Assembly: GCF_056712565.1 (NCBI RefSeq) | Contig: NZ_CM160072.1 | DNA: 64,000 nt | Direction: 5' to 3' (one strand) | Shown: piece after piece, positions 1 through 13,843 of the stretch | Numbering within the stretch: position 1 is the first letter of the stretch | Layout: each line of letters starts with the position of its first letter | Program-made: the position numbers and the translations under genes | The notes under the pieces: model-generated | What the model saw: the letters and a program-made list of their open reading frames with translations, nothing else | What the model was told of the DNA's origin: nothing | Databases searched by the model: none

Positions 1-747
1 GCCTTTCATGCATTACGTCTTGGCGGTACGCTGGTTTACTCGACCTGTACCTTAAACCGGGAAGAAAACGAAGCCGTTTGCCTGTGGCTGAAAGAGACTT
101 ACCACGACGCAGTAGAGTTTTTACCGCTTGGCGATCTCTTCCCTGGTGCAAATAAGGCGCTGACCGAAGACGGCTTTTTGCATGTTTTCCCACAAATTTA
201 CGACTGCGAAGGCTTCTTCGTTGCTCGTCTGCGTAAAACTCAGGCGATCCCCGTCTTACCCGCCCCAAAATACAAAGTGGGCAATTTCCCGTTTAGCCCG
301 GTGAAAGATCGCGAAGCCGGTCAAATTCGTCAGGCGGCTGCAAGTGTTGGCTTAAACTGGGATGAAAACCTGCGACTCTGGCAGCGTGACAAAGAACTGT
401 GGTTGTTCCCGGTAGGCATTGAAGCCCTGATCGGTAAAGTCCGATTTTCTCGCTTGGGGATTAAACTTGCCGAAACGCACAACAAAGGTTATCGCTGGCA
501 GCATGAAGCCGTTATTGCCCTTGCCTCCCCCGACAATGTGAACGCTTTTGAACTGACACCGCAGGAAGCGGAAGAGTGGTATCGCGGGCGCGATGTTTAC
601 CCGCAAGCCGCGCCAGTGGCGGATGATGTATTGGTTACTTTCCAGCATCAGCCGATTGGTTTAGCCAAACGGATTGGTTCACGACTGAAAAACAGCTACC
701 CGCGTGAACTGGTGCGCGACGGGAAACTTTTTACCGGTAACGCCTGA
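1..747 (+). CDS. rsmF: 16S rRNA m5C1407 methyltransferase RsmF (YebU), C-terminal part; 5' end outside window
   Basis: Frame 1 is open from base 1 to stop at 745-747; the 249 translated residues match RsmF as recalled. Confidence 0.85.
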   Translation, partial: AFHALRLGGTLVYSTCTLNREENEAVCLWLKETYHDAVEFLPLGDLFPGANKALTEDGFLHVFPQIYDCEGFFVARLRKTQAIPVLPAPKYKVGNFPFSPVKDREAGQIRQAAASVGLNWDENLRLWQRDKELWLFPVGIEALIGKVRFSRLGIKLAETHNKGYRWQHEAVIALASPDNVNAFELTPQEAEEWYRGRDVYPQAAPVADDVLVTFQHQPIGLAKRIGSRLKNSYPRELVRDGKLFTGNA

Positions 748-864
748 CAGCGCACAAAAAAAGCGCACTTTTTGACTGGCACATTCGACTGCCTCAACTA
801 GGCTGAAAAATGGTGCGATCGGACTGGTCGTACCACAATCGGCAGCTAAATGGAGAGCACGAAG

Positions 865-1101
865 ATGAAAACCAGTGTGCGCATAGGCGCTTTTGAAATC
901 GACGACGGCGAATTACACGGCGAATCGCCGGGTGATCGAACGTTAACCATTCCTTGTAAATCAGACCCCGATTTATGTATGCAACTGGATGCCTGGGATG
1001 CTGAAACCAGTATCCCTGCCCTGCTAAATGGCGAACACTCTGTCCTTTACCGTACCCGTTACGATCAACAATCTGATGCCTGGATTATGCGTCTTGCCTG
1101 A
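865..1101 (+). CDS. yebV: Small conserved protein YebV (78 aa)
   Basis: ORF 850..1101 in track; start placed at internal ATG 865 (MKTSVRIGAFEID...) to give the 78-aa product I recall. Confidence 0.8.
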   Translation: MKTSVRIGAFEIDDGELHGESPGDRTLTIPCKSDPDLCMQLDAWDAETSIPALLNGEHSVLYRTRYDQQSDAWIMRLA

Positions 1102-1205
1102 TCCAAAAAGAACCCGTCGGCATGGCGGGTTATTTGTCCGGGTTATTCCCCCGTTGTAAAATCTCTCCTAAACTTAACGGTACGGCACCACACTTCGGGG
1201 ATGAA

Positions 1206-1397
1206 ATGTTCGCGCTGGTACTTTTTGTTTGCTACCTGGATGGCGGTTGTGAAGATATTGTTGTGGATGTCTACAACACGGAACAGCAGTGTCTTTATTC
1301 TATGAGCGATCAACGGATCCGCCATGGCGGTTGTTTTCCGATTGAGGATTTTATAGATGGTTTCTGGCGACCTGCACAGGAGTACGGTGATTTTTAA
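1206..1397 (+). CDS. yebW: Small protein YebW (63 aa)
   Basis: Track ORF 1122..1397; start placed at internal ATG 1206 (MFALVLFVCYLDGG...) matching recalled YebW. Confidence 0.7.
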   Translation: MFALVLFVCYLDGGCEDIVVDVYNTEQQCLYSMSDQRIRHGGCFPIEDFIDGFWRPAQEYGDF

Positions 1398-2054
1398 TTA
1401 TTGCAATTGCACAAGAGTCAGTTCTCCCCCAAAGACAGCACCGGTATCAATATAATGCAGGTTGCCAATATCCACGCGATGGCGCAAAGGTGTATGACCA
1501 AACCAGAAATGATCAGCACCTGCAATTCCCTGCCCTTTTTGGCGTTCACCTAATCGCGAGCGGCTCCACAAGACCTGATGCAAATCGACGTCCTTTTGCC
1601 ATTCATAGACATCATCTGGATAATCGGCATGAGCAATAACATGTTTGCCGGTGCGACTGTGTAATTCAAGAATAAAGGGCAAATGCTGACATTTTTCCAG
1701 CGCCGTTTTCGCTTGTTTCTGGTGATTATCTGCCAGCGCAATAAACCAGTCGCCGCCATTTATCAACCATAAAGACATCTGCCGGGATGCCAGCGCATCC
1801 ATCGCCATCTGTTCATGATTGCCTCTTACCGCACGAACCCAATGTTGTTCCAGTAACTGCAGGCAACGTAAACTTTGCGGCCCACGATCGATAACGTCTC
1901 CCACTGAGATAAGTAAATCTCGCCACGGATCAAAACGACAATGCCATAATTTGCGGCGCAACTGCTCAAGACAACCGTGTATATCGCCTGAAAGCCAGAT
2001 ATGTCGCCATTGATGACCCGCAATTCTCTGATAAACGGGCGCAGGCTGTTTCAT
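1398..2054 (-). CDS. pphA: Serine/threonine protein phosphatase 1 (PphA/PrpA)
   Basis: Metallophosphatase motifs GDIHG, GDVIDRG and GNHE in the translation; start taken at second Met (218 aa). Stop abuts yebW stop. Confidence 0.92.
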   Translation of the reverse strand: MKQPAPVYQRIAGHQWRHIWLSGDIHGCLEQLRRKLWHCRFDPWRDLLISVGDVIDRGPQSLRCLQLLEQHWVRAVRGNHEQMAMDALASRQMSLWLINGGDWFIALADNHQKQAKTALEKCQHLPFILELHSRTGKHVIAHADYPDDVYEWQKDVDLHQVLWSRSRLGERQKGQGIAGADHFWFGHTPLRHRVDIGNLHYIDTGAVFGGELTLVQLQ

Positions 2055-2129
2055 CAATATTTTCCTCCCGCGCTAAAGATCACATAATCTTAACAAGAAT
2101 GTTAAAAAACGCTGGACTCAGACAGTAGA

Positions 2130-2419
2130 GTGTGTGTTATGGTTGACTATAAAGTCAGCGAAGGGAATGCTTCTGGCTTTTAACAGATAAAAAGAGACCG
2201 AACACGATTCCTGTATTCGGTCCAGGGAAATGGCTCTTGGGAGAGAGCCGTGCGCTAAAAGTTGGCATTAATGCAGGCTTAGTTGCCTTGCTCTTTAAGA
2301 ATAGATGACGACGCCAGGTTTTCCAGTTTGCGTGCAAAATGGTCAATAAAAAGCGTGGTGGTCATCAGCTTAAATGTTAAAAACCGCCCGTTCTGGTGAA
2401 AGAACTGAGGCGGTTTTTT
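2130..2419 (+). ncRNA. ryeA: RyeA (SraC) small RNA, antisense partner of SdsR; 5' end approximate
   Basis: Plus-strand transcript fully antisense to SdsR and ending at the hairpin plus T-run at 2384-2419. The 5' end is not resolved from sequence. Confidence 0.35.
2188..2291 (-). ncRNA. sdsR: SdsR (RyeB) sigma-S dependent small RNA
   Basis: Minus strand reads GCAAGGCAACUAAGCCUGCAUUAAUGCC...GUGUUCGGUCUCUUUUU, matching SdsR as recalled. Terminator hairpin at the 3' end; upstream -10 TATTCT with C at -13 (2298-2304). Confidence 0.85.
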
Positions 2420-2420
2420 A
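2377..2420. terminator. Bidirectional intrinsic terminator (RyeA 3' end and yebY)
   Basis: Stem CCGCC...GGCGG with inner GTTCT/AGAAC pairing, flanked by an A-run and a T-run. Confidence 0.75.
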
Positions 2421-2448
2421 TTGGAAATCAAAAGGCTATTTTAGGTAA

Positions 2449-2790
2449 TTAACAGAGTTTTTCAGCTCGCTCTATAAACGGTGCCAGACTCATTTTTTCG
2501 CCGGGATTGTTAGGATCATCAATCTGAATCACCGAAATGGGTTGGGCTTTAGTCTTCCCACTGGCAACTTCCTTTTGTGCGATATCGTTTAAAGGATACT
2601 GCACGAGGGTACTTGGGTTAATGACATACAAAGCATTACCCGGTCGGCAAGTCAACATCACCTCTTCGCGATTAAACGCCCATTTGTCTTTACCCACTTC
2701 AAAACGGCTGACGGTAATCACCTGCGGTGCCGCCAGCGCAGCTGCAGAACTGGTGAGTAACAGAAACGCCAGAATACTTTTTCTCATCAT
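2449..2790 (-). CDS. yebY: DUF2511 family periplasmic protein YebY
   Basis: 113-aa ORF with N-terminal signal peptide ([11 protein letters not shown]), matches YebY. Confidence 0.9.
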   Translation of the reverse strand: MMRKSILAFLLLTSSAAALAAPQVITVSRFEVGKDKWAFNREEVMLTCRPGNALYVINPSTLVQYPLNDIAQKEVASGKTKAQPISVIQIDDPNNPGEKMSLAPFIERAEKLC

Positions 2791-2802
2791 TTTCGTAATC
2801 CA

Positions 2803-3675
2803 TCAAAAAGGTTCGAGAGTCGCAAGCAGGCTGATGATCACCAGCACTACCGCACCTATCGCCCATTCGAGTTTAGTCATCCAGACAAACCAGGGAGCCG
2901 CACGATCTTCATCCTGCCTCATGCGCGGTACAAGAACATAACGATTAGCCAGCGCGATGACCACCATAATCATCACCAGGATGGCTTTGAGCAATAAGAG
3001 TTGGCCCCAGTAAGTCGTAAGCGTGGGGGGAAATCCGGTAATCAACAATGCATTAAGCACGCCGCTTGCCAGTACGCCGATCACCGCAAAATGCCCGCAC
3101 CAGGAAAAACGCATCAGCGCCTGAATAGCCTGGTGTCGCCAACGGCCTTTGATGAGTTGCATACACCAGAGCACCGGCAGTAATCCCCCAAACCACGCCG
3201 CCGCACAGATCAGGTGAATTGCGTGATTAGTCTGATGGATTTTCGCCGTTACCCCTTCATTCAACGTCGCATGCCCGACTCCCGCCAGCAGAATAAATTG
3301 CGCGGTAGTGAGCATAAACAGCAAACGTGGCATATTCCGCGGTTGCATAAGGGCGACGATCAATGTTACGAGGGCGAGAACAATTTGCCATAACCAGACG
3401 CCACCAAACTGCGTTTGCAAAACAGCCAGCCAAATGTTTGGCGAAAATACATCTGACCATCCCGTTCCCATCAACCCGCCCTGAACGGCGAGCATTGCAG
3501 TGGCACTGATCAAACTCCAGACGGCAGCGTGCTGTTGTAAACGCAGAAAACGCTTCGTCAGCAAGCGACGAATCGTTAAGGGGGCCAGCCAGGCACCGTA
3601 CATTGCGAAGCCAAAAACCAGCATCAGCGAGGTGAAATGGATAAATCGCAGCGCGATCCAGGTAAACGCCAGCAT
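2803..3675 (-). CDS. yebZ: CopD-family inner membrane protein YebZ
   Basis: 290-aa hydrophobic polytopic ORF matching YebZ; lies between yobA and yebY on the same strand. Confidence 0.9.
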   Translation of the reverse strand: MLAFTWIALRFIHFTSLMLVFGFAMYGAWLAPLTIRRLLTKRFLRLQQHAAVWSLISATAMLAVQGGLMGTGWSDVFSPNIWLAVLQTQFGGVWLWQIVLALVTLIVALMQPRNMPRLLFMLTTAQFILLAGVGHATLNEGVTAKIHQTNHAIHLICAAAWFGGLLPVLWCMQLIKGRWRHQAIQALMRFSWCGHFAVIGVLASGVLNALLITGFPPTLTTYWGQLLLLKAILVMIMVVIALANRYVLVPRMRQDEDRAAPWFVWMTKLEWAIGAVVLVIISLLATLEPF

Positions 3676-3678
3676 GAT

Positions 3679-4053
3679 TTATTTCACACTAAAGGTGTAA
3701 TGTCCTTTCGTTTTATGCCCATCCACCGAAACAACATGCCAGTCAACGGTGTAGGTTCCGGGTTTCAGCGAATCGGCCAGTGGAACAATCAGTTGCTTTT
3801 GGTCCTGCTCATTCCGCTTCGCCGGTAATGTTTTAATATTTTCGTTTTTTGGCCCCGTGATTTTTGCACCACTGAATCCTGTTTCAACGCCTTCCGAGAA
3901 GTTTAAAGTGATTGCCTGCGGAGCTGCTGTCACTTGTGCATTTGCCGCAGGATACTGATGCGTTAAATGCGCATGTGCCCAGACGGAAGGTGTCACCAAC
4001 GAAGTGGTCAGGATTGCCAGCGCGTAGCGAAGGGAGCGTGCAGTTGAAGCCAT
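3679..4053 (-). CDS. yobA: CopC-family periplasmic copper-binding protein YobA
   Basis: 124 aa; signal peptide ending VWA followed by HAHL; matches YobA. Confidence 0.9.
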   Translation of the reverse strand: MASTARSLRYALAILTTSLVTPSVWAHAHLTHQYPAANAQVTAAPQAITLNFSEGVETGFSGAKITGPKNENIKTLPAKRNEQDQKQLIVPLADSLKPGTYTVDWHVVSVDGHKTKGHYTFSVK

Positions 4054-4191
4054 ATTATCTATTCCTTTTTGTAATAACTTTTTTACAGAGCATAACCTTG
4101 TCTAATGTCTGAGTCGAGGATCATCAATTCCGGCTTGCCATCAAGGCTCACTCTTAGTAACTTTTGCCCGCGAATGATGAGGAGATTAAGA

Positions 4192-4422
4192 ATGCTGAAG
4201 AATCTGGCTAAACTGGATCAAACAGAAATGGATAAAGTGAATGTCGATTTGGCGGCGGCAGGGGTGGCATTTAAAGAACGCTACAATATGCCGGTGATCG
4301 CTGAAGCGGTTGAACGTGAACAGCCTGAACATTTGCGCAGCTGGTTTCGCGAGCGGCTTATCGCCCACCGTTTGGCTTCGGTCAATCTGTCACGTTTACC
4401 TTACGAGCCCAAACTTAAATAA
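4192..4422 (+). CDS. holE: DNA polymerase III theta subunit
   Basis: 76-aa product [32 protein letters not shown]...; ATG 4192 preceded by GAGGAG. Track ORF starts further upstream at 4105. Confidence 0.9.
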
Positions 4423-4523
4423 AACTTATACATAGTTACACTTTCTTACATAACGCCTGCTAAATTATGAGTATTTTCTAAACCGCACCCATAATTTGCA
4501 GTCATTTTGAAAAGGAAGTCATT

Positions 4524-5180
4524 ATGTCGTTCTGGAAAGTTGCAGCAGCGCAATATGAGCCCCGTAAAACCTCACTCACCGAACAGGTAGCTCATCATCT
4601 GGAGTTTGTGAGGGCCGCCGCCAGGCAACAATGTCAGCTGTTAGTTTTTCCATCGCTTTCTTTACTGGGGTGTGATTATTCGCGACGTGCCCTTCCTGCC
4701 CCACCCGATCTCTCGCTATTAGACCCGCTTTGTTATGCCGCAACGACCTGGCGAATGACCATCATTGCCGGCCTTCCCGTTGAATATAACGATCGCTTTA
4801 TTCGTGGAATTGCGGTATTCGCACCGTGGCGAAAAACGCCAGGGATCTACCATCAGAGTTATGGTGCATGTCTGGGCCGTCGTTCCAGAACCATCACGGT
4901 GGTCGATGAACAACCGCAAGGTATGGATATGGACCCGACCTGTTCACTGTTTACGACAGGGCAATGTCTGGGAGAACCCGACCTGCTGGCGTCGGCCCGT
5001 CGCTTACAATTTTTTTCACATCAGTACTCGATTGCAGTGCTGATGGCAAATGCCCGTGGTAACAGTGCACTATGGGATGAACATGGTCGTCTCATCGTTC
5101 GCGCCGATCGTGGTTCATTATTGTTAGTCGGTCAGCGTTCATCACAGGGTTGGCAAGGCGATATCATTCCATTACGCTAG
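4524..5180 (+). CDS. yobB: Carbon-nitrogen hydrolase family protein YobB
   Basis: 218-aa ORF matching YobB as recalled. Confidence 0.85.
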   Translation: MSFWKVAAAQYEPRKTSLTEQVAHHLEFVRAAARQQCQLLVFPSLSLLGCDYSRRALPAPPDLSLLDPLCYAATTWRMTIIAGLPVEYNDRFIRGIAVFAPWRKTPGIYHQSYGACLGRRSRTITVVDEQPQGMDMDPTCSLFTTGQCLGEPDLLASARRLQFFSHQYSIAVLMANARGNSALWDEHGRLIVRADRGSLLLVGQRSSQGWQGDIIPLR

Positions 5181-5202
5181 GCTTTTCGGCCTGGAGCATG
5201 CC

Positions 5203-7949
<2,747 letters not shown>

Positions 7950-8130
7950 TTATAAGGGTGGCAAAACTCACCGGGGATGCAAGCGAAACAGGGTAGTCAT
8001 TGCTTAGATGATGACAGGTAATGGCGCGGATATCGACTGTTATGCAGACAGAGAAAATCAGCCTGTTCAAATGGCTGTGCGGTTCTGGATAACCCGAAAT
8101 AGTCAACTTCAGGCTATCCAGAGAGCGGAA

Positions 8131-8790
8131 TTACTCCGCCAAAGTACGTTTTTGCTGTTCGAGATCGCGTTCAATGCCTTCACGAACATCCTGGGGGATT
8201 TTCAGCGCATCACCCAGTGCATTCAGGTAACTGCGTTCCATAAAATGGTCAATATCAATAGCCGCGCAGCTCAGGAAATAGATTTCCAGCGCCTCTTCTT
8301 CATTGCGGACCCCGGTAGCCAGGCGTTGTGGATCCAGCGGTTGTTCGATTGCCTGCTCAATGAGTACACGCCCCTTCTCTTCCACACCGGCTTCTCGCAA
8401 TTGCTGGTCGATTGCCGCACGTTCTTTGGCATCAATATGACCATCACTTTTAGCGGCAAAGACCAGCGCAAGGATCAAACGTTCCGTACGCTCATCCAGC
8501 GGCGTACTTTGCGCGCCAAACTGCGGTTCATCCTGATGCGCCGCGCGAATTTTATCTTTGTATTTATTCCACAGCACCGTACCCGCTACCGCTCCGCCGC
8601 CAACCAGTAACGCGTTTGTGCCATATTTCGTAAGAAGTTTACGTGCTGATTTATTTGCGACCAGCAGCCCAGCCAGTCCGCCTAATGCGCCAGGCACTAA
8701 AAGTTTGCCCAATCCCTGATCCGCAGACGAGGAGGTAGAAGAACGGCTTTGCCCAAGCAGGGATTGCAGTTGATTTAACCAGTTAGCCAT
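8131..8790 (-). CDS. yebE: DUF533 inner membrane protein YebE
   Basis: 219-aa ORF matching YebE. Confidence 0.9.
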   Translation of the reverse strand: MANWLNQLQSLLGQSRSSTSSSADQGLGKLLVPGALGGLAGLLVANKSARKLLTKYGTNALLVGGGAVAGTVLWNKYKDKIRAAHQDEPQFGAQSTPLDERTERLILALVFAAKSDGHIDAKERAAIDQQLREAGVEEKGRVLIEQAIEQPLDPQRLATGVRNEEEALEIYFLSCAAIDIDHFMERSYLNALGDALKIPQDVREGIERDLEQQKRTLAE

Positions 8791-9116
8791 ATTTGCTCCT
8801 CAATAACCATTTTTAGTGCCTGTAGCATAGCGGATGAGGATGTCAGAAAATGTATATTGAGACAAAAGATGCGCAAATAAGCGGGGCGGTAGGCCGTTAT
8901 TCAAAGAAATTCGCGCCAGGTAAGGTGTTCACTGTATATAAGGTGATAAGGGTATTTTAGGTGAAAGTAGTTTGACGTTTTGAGTGGAACTGTTTGATGC
9001 TGATTGCCCGGTTCGACGCTGCTGCGTCTTCTCAGGACTACGATTGTGTTGCGTTGTAGGGCGGACAAGGCACTCGCGCCGTATCCGCCAACGGTCAATC
9101 GAATTATCAGAAGCCA

Positions 9117-9521
<405 letters not shown>

Positions 9522-9539
9522 TCAGGAGCGCAAGTTGCT

Positions 9540-9830
9540 TCAGGCCGCGTGTGAGGCATCTTCCTCTTCGGATTCAGCACCGACGACCTGTGGGGACGGT
9601 AATTTGCCGGTTTTCAGAATGGTGCTCAGCACATCTTTTTGTTCTGCCAGCCATAGCGAAAGGGCTTCACGTTGCTCATCTTCCATTTGCACTGGAGAAT
9701 TTGTCAGCCAGGTGTCAAGCAGATCGGCCGTATCAAGCATCTTGTCATAAGCATCGGCTTCCTTTTTGCTGGTAAACGACATTTTCTCTTCGCCCTCACG
9801 AATGACTACGTATTTAACTTCAACCGCCAT
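9540..9830 (-). CDS. yebG: DNA damage-inducible protein YebG
   Basis: 96-aa ORF matching YebG; LexA box immediately upstream. Confidence 0.9.
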   Translation of the reverse strand: MAVEVKYVVIREGEEKMSFTSKKEADAYDKMLDTADLLDTWLTNSPVQMEDEQREALSLWLAEQKDVLSTILKTGKLPSPQVVGAESEEEDASHAA

Positions 9831-9849
9831 TTGCAGCCTCTCATAATAA

Positions 9850-9865
9850 CTGTGATTTTATACAG
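9850..9865. promoter_or_regulatory. LexA (SOS) box upstream of yebG
   Basis: Perfect CTGT-N8-ACAG palindrome (CTGTGATTTTATACAG), 20-35 bp upstream of the yebG start. Confidence 0.8.
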
Positions 9866-9910
9866 TATATTTATTTTCAGCTGGGAAATCAACATCAGCA
9901 ATAAAGACAC

Positions 9911-9926
9911 GCGCAAACGTTTTCGT
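9911..9926. promoter_or_regulatory. PurR operator upstream of purT
   Basis: GCGCAAACGTTTTCGT is a close match to the PurR box; about 40 bp upstream of the purT start. Confidence 0.7.
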
Positions 9927-9963
9927 TTATACTGCGCGCGGAATTAATCAGGGGATATTCGTT

Positions 9964-11142
9964 ATGACGTTATTAGGCACTGCGCTGCGTCCGGCAGCAA
10001 CTCGCGTGATGTTATTAGGCTCCGGTGAACTGGGTAAAGAAGTGGCAATCGAGTGTCAGCGTCTCGGCGTAGAGGTGATTGCCGTCGATCGCTATGCCGA
10101 CGCACCAGCCATGCATGTCGCGCATCGCTCCCATGTCATTAATATGCTTGATGGTGATGCATTACGCCGTGTGGTTGAACTGGAAAAACCACATTATATC
10201 GTGCCGGAGATCGAAGCTATTGCCACCGATATGCTGATCCAACTTGAAGAGGAAGGACTGAATGTTGTCCCCTGCGCTCGCGCAACGAAATTAACGATGA
10301 ATCGCGAGGGTATCCGTCGCCTGGCGGCAGAAGAGCTGCAGCTGCCCACTTCCACTTATCGTTTTGCCGATAGCGAAAACCTTTTCCGCGAAGCGGTTGC
10401 CGCCATTGGCTACCCCTGTATTGTTAAACCGGTGATGAGTTCTTCCGGTAAAGGGCAGACGTTTATTCGTTCTGCAGAGCAACTTGCTCATGCATGGGAG
10501 TACGCTCAGCAAGGTGGTCGCGCCGGAGCGGGCCGCGTAATTGTTGAAGGCGTCGTTAAGTTTGACTTCGAAATTACCCTGCTAACCGTCAGCGCGGTGG
10601 ATGGCGTCCATTTCTGTGCACCGGTAGGTCATCGCCAGGAAGATGGCGACTATCGTGAATCCTGGCAACCACAGCAAATGAGCCCGCTTGCCCTTGAACG
10701 TGCGCAGGAGATTGCCCGTAAAGTGGTGCTGGCACTGGGCGGTTATGGGCTGTTTGGTGTCGAGCTGTTTGTCTGCGGTGATGAGGTGATTTTCAGTGAA
10801 GTCTCCCCTCGCCCGCATGACACCGGGATGGTGACGCTAATTTCTCAGGATCTCTCGGAGTTTGCCCTGCATGTACGTGCCTTCCTCGGACTTCCGGTTG
10901 GCGGGATCCGCCAGTATGGTCCTGCTGCTTCTGCCGTTATCCTGCCGCAACTGACCAGTCAGAATGTCACGTTTGATAATGTGCAGAATGCCGTAGGCGC
11001 AGATTTGCAGATTCGTTTATTTGGTAAGCCGGAAATTGATGGCAGCCGTCGTCTGGGGGTAGCACTGGCTACTGCAGAGAGTGTTGTTGACGCCATTGAA
11101 CGCGCGAAGCACGCCGCCGGACAGGTAAAAGTACAGGGTTAA
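9964..11142 (+). CDS. purT: Formate-dependent phosphoribosylglycinamide formyltransferase (GAR transformylase 2)
   Basis: 392-aa ATP-grasp enzyme matching PurT. Confidence 0.95.
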   Translation: MTLLGTALRPAATRVMLLGSGELGKEVAIECQRLGVEVIAVDRYADAPAMHVAHRSHVINMLDGDALRRVVELEKPHYIVPEIEAIATDMLIQLEEEGLNVVPCARATKLTMNREGIRRLAAEELQLPTSTYRFADSENLFREAVAAIGYPCIVKPVMSSSGKGQTFIRSAEQLAHAWEYAQQGGRAGAGRVIVEGVVKFDFEITLLTVSAVDGVHFCAPVGHRQEDGDYRESWQPQQMSPLALERAQEIARKVVLALGGYGLFGVELFVCGDEVIFSEVSPRPHDTGMVTLISQDLSEFALHVRAFLGLPVGGIRQYGPAASAVILPQLTSQNVTFDNVQNAVGADLQIRLFGKPEIDGSRRLGVALATAESVVDAIERAKHAAGQVKVQG

Positions 11143-11161
11143 ACCCGGCCAAAAAACGCTA

Positions 11162-11192
11162 CAAAAATGCCCGATCCTCGATCGGGCATTTT
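11162..11192. terminator. Bidirectional intrinsic terminator between purT and eda
   Basis: Stem ATGCCCGATC / GATCGGGCAT with A-run upstream and T-run downstream. Confidence 0.8.
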
Positions 11193-11197
11193 GACTT

Positions 11198-11839
11198 TTA
11201 CAGCTTAGCGCCTTCTACAGCTTCACGCGCCAGCTTAGTAATGCGGTCGTAATCGCCCGCTTCCAGCGCATCTGCCGGAACCAGCCAGGAACCACCGATG
11301 CACAGCACGCTTTTCAGCGCCAGGTAGTCACGGTAGTTAGCCGGAGAAATACCACCTGTCGGGCAGAAACGGACCTGAGAGAACGGACCCGCGATCGCCT
11401 GCAGGGCTTTCACACCGCCGTTAGCTTCAGCCGGGAAGAATTTGAACTCTTTCAAACCGTAGTCCATACCCAGCATCAGTTCGGAAACAGTGCTGATCCC
11501 CGGAATCAGAGGAATAGTCCCTTCGGTAGCAGCTTTCAGCAGCGGCTCGGTCAGACCCGGGCTAATTGCAAACTGTGCACCTGCTTCAGTGACTTCTGCC
11601 AGCTGCTGTGGATTCAGCACCGTACCGGCACCCACAATCGCTTCAGGCACTTCTTTGGCGATAGCACGGATAGCGTCAACTGCGCACTCGGTACGCAGAG
11701 TCACTTCCAGAACGCGCACCCCACCAGCAACCAACGCTTTTGCCATCGGCACCGCGTGTTCCAGTTTTTTTACCACGATAACCGGTACAACCGGGCCGGT
11801 GGTCAGGATTGATTCTGCACTTGTTTTCCAGTTTTTCAT
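11198..11839 (-). CDS. eda: KDPG / KHG aldolase
   Basis: 213-aa ORF matching Eda. Confidence 0.95.
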
Positions 11840-11875
11840 CAGAGTTTTCTCTCGCCTGATTACAAATTTGTCGTC

Positions 11876-13687
11876 TTAAAAAGTGATACAGGTTGCGCCC
11901 TGTTCGGCACCGGACAGTTTTTCACGCAAGGCGCTGAATAATTCACGTCCTGTTCCCACGCGTGACGCGCTCAGGTCAGGAATGTGCGGTTCGCGAGCAG
12001 CCAGTTCCGCTTCGTCTACCAGCAGCGTCAGTTCGCCTGTCTGTCCATTCACACGAATGATGTCCCCGTCGCGCACTTTTGCCAGCAGCCCGCCATCGTA
12101 GGCCTCTGGTGTTACGTGGATAGCTGACGGCACTTTACCTGAAGCGCCGGAGAGTCGTCCATCGGTAACTAACGCAATTTTGAAACACCGGTCCAATAAT
12201 ACACCAAGTGGCGGCATGAGTTTATGTAATTCTGGCATTCCGTTCGCTTTTGGCCCCTGATGACGGACAACAACGACACAATCGCGGTCCAGTAAACCCG
12301 CTTCAAAGGCCGGCATAACGTCATGCTGGCTTTCAAAAACAACCGCTGGCGCTTCAATCACCTGGTTCTCTACCGGCACGGCAGAGGTTTTCATAACCGC
12401 TCGCCCCAGGTTACCGCTTAACACTTTTGTCCCACCATGATGAGAGAAAGGTTGTTCGAAGGACGCGATCACATTGTTGTCGAGTGATTTTTCTGCCCCT
12501 TCCCGCCAGTCCAGTTCACCATTATTCAGCCATGGTTCAAGGGTATAACGAGACAGACCAAAACCTGCCACCGTATTGACATCTTCATGCAGCAGGCCTG
12601 CTTTGAGCAGTTCACGTACCAGAACCGGTACGCCACCTGCCGCCTGGAAGTGGTTAATATCGGCCGGACCGTTCGGGTAGAGACGTGCCATCAGCGGTAC
12701 AACATCAGAAAGGTCAGAGAAGTCATCCCAGTTAATCTGAATACCGGCTGCGCGCGCCATCGCCACCAGGTGCATGGTGTGGTTAGTGGAACCACCGGTC
12801 GCCAGCAGTGCAACGATACCGTTCACCACCACTTTCTCATCGATCATCTTACCGATCGGCATCCATTCATTACCATTACCGGTCATGCGCGTAACCTGGC
12901 GCGCAGCTGCAGCGGTCAAAGCATCGCGCAGCGGAGAATCCGGATGAACAAAAGAAGAGCCTGGCAACTGCATCCCCATAAACTCCACCACCATCTGGTT
13001 GGTGTTGGCAGTACCGTAGAAAGTACATGTTCCCGGCGCATGATAAGACGCGGCTTCTGACTCCAGTAATGCCATGCGGTCCACTTTACCTTCGGCATAA
13101 AGCTGGCGAATACGCACTTTTTCTTTATTTGGCAAACCGCTTGCCATCGGTCCAGACGGCACAAACACCGCAGGCAAATGACCAAACGACAGGGCTGCCA
13201 TGGTCAGACCTGGGACAATCTTGTCGCACACACCGAGAAACAGAGCACCATCAAACATGTTATGGGACAGCCCCACCGCCGCAGACATCGCAATCACTTC
13301 GCGGCTTAACAGCGACAATTCCATTCCATCCTGCCCCTGGGTGACACCATCACACATCGCCGGAACACCGCCCGCAACCTGACCAACCGCATTCGCTTCA
13401 TGCAGGGCTTTACGAATGATTTCCGGATAGTGTTCATAAGGCTGGTGAGCGGAGAGCATGTCGTTATAGGAGGTGATGATGGCGATATTGTTACGCAACA
13501 TGCTTTTCAAAGAGGCTTTGTCTTCTGGCTGGCAGGCAGCGAAACCGTGTGCCAGGTTACCGCATGCCAACTGCGAACGATGAACGGTCGAAGTTTTCGC
13601 TTGTTCTATCCGGGCGAGGTAAGCAGAGCGAGTCTCGCGCGAACGTTCAATGATTCGATTTGTTACGCGTAACAATTGTGGATTCAT
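11876..13687 (-). CDS. edd: Phosphogluconate dehydratase
   Basis: Start taken at internal ATG 13687 ([11 protein letters not shown]..., 603 aa) preceded by AGGAGCC; track ORF extends 22 codons upstream. Confidence 0.95.
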   Translation of the reverse strand: MNPQLLRVTNRIIERSRETRSAYLARIEQAKTSTVHRSQLACGNLAHGFAACQPEDKASLKSMLRNNIAIITSYNDMLSAHQPYEHYPEIIRKALHEANAVGQVAGGVPAMCDGVTQGQDGMELSLLSREVIAMSAAVGLSHNMFDGALFLGVCDKIVPGLTMAALSFGHLPAVFVPSGPMASGLPNKEKVRIRQLYAEGKVDRMALLESEAASYHAPGTCTFYGTANTNQMVVEFMGMQLPGSSFVHPDSPLRDALTAAAARQVTRMTGNGNEWMPIGKMIDEKVVVNGIVALLATGGSTNHTMHLVAMARAAGIQINWDDFSDLSDVVPLMARLYPNGPADINHFQAAGGVPVLVRELLKAGLLHEDVNTVAGFGLSRYTLEPWLNNGELDWREGAEKSLDNNVIASFEQPFSHHGGTKVLSGNLGRAVMKTSAVPVENQVIEAPAVVFESQHDVMPAFEAGLLDRDCVVVVRHQGPKANGMPELHKLMPPLGVLLDRCFKIALVTDGRLSGASGKVPSAIHVTPEAYDGGLLAKVRDGDIIRVNGQTGELTLLVDEAELAAREPHIPDLSASRVGTGRELFSALREKLSGAEQGATCITF

Positions 13688-13808
13688 AAAGGCTCCTGAA
13701 ATTGAGTTGTCAGAGCAGGATGATTCACAACACGTTTCATTCAGAGGATTCATGACTGAAACGCCTGTAACCGGAGCTCATAGGGCAAAAACGTTTCAGT
13801 CAGTGTAA

Positions 13809-13843
13809 TAAAAAAAGCCTCGTGGGTGAATCCGCACGAGGCC
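13809..13843 (-). terminator. Intrinsic terminator downstream of zwf
   Basis: Minus strand reads GCCTCGTG-loop-CACGAGGC followed by TTTTTTT. Confidence 0.8.

Noticed and set aside
2155-2346. 63-aa minus-strand ORF overlapping SdsR
   Set aside because: The sequence is explained by the SdsR/RyeA small RNA pair, including its terminator hairpin.
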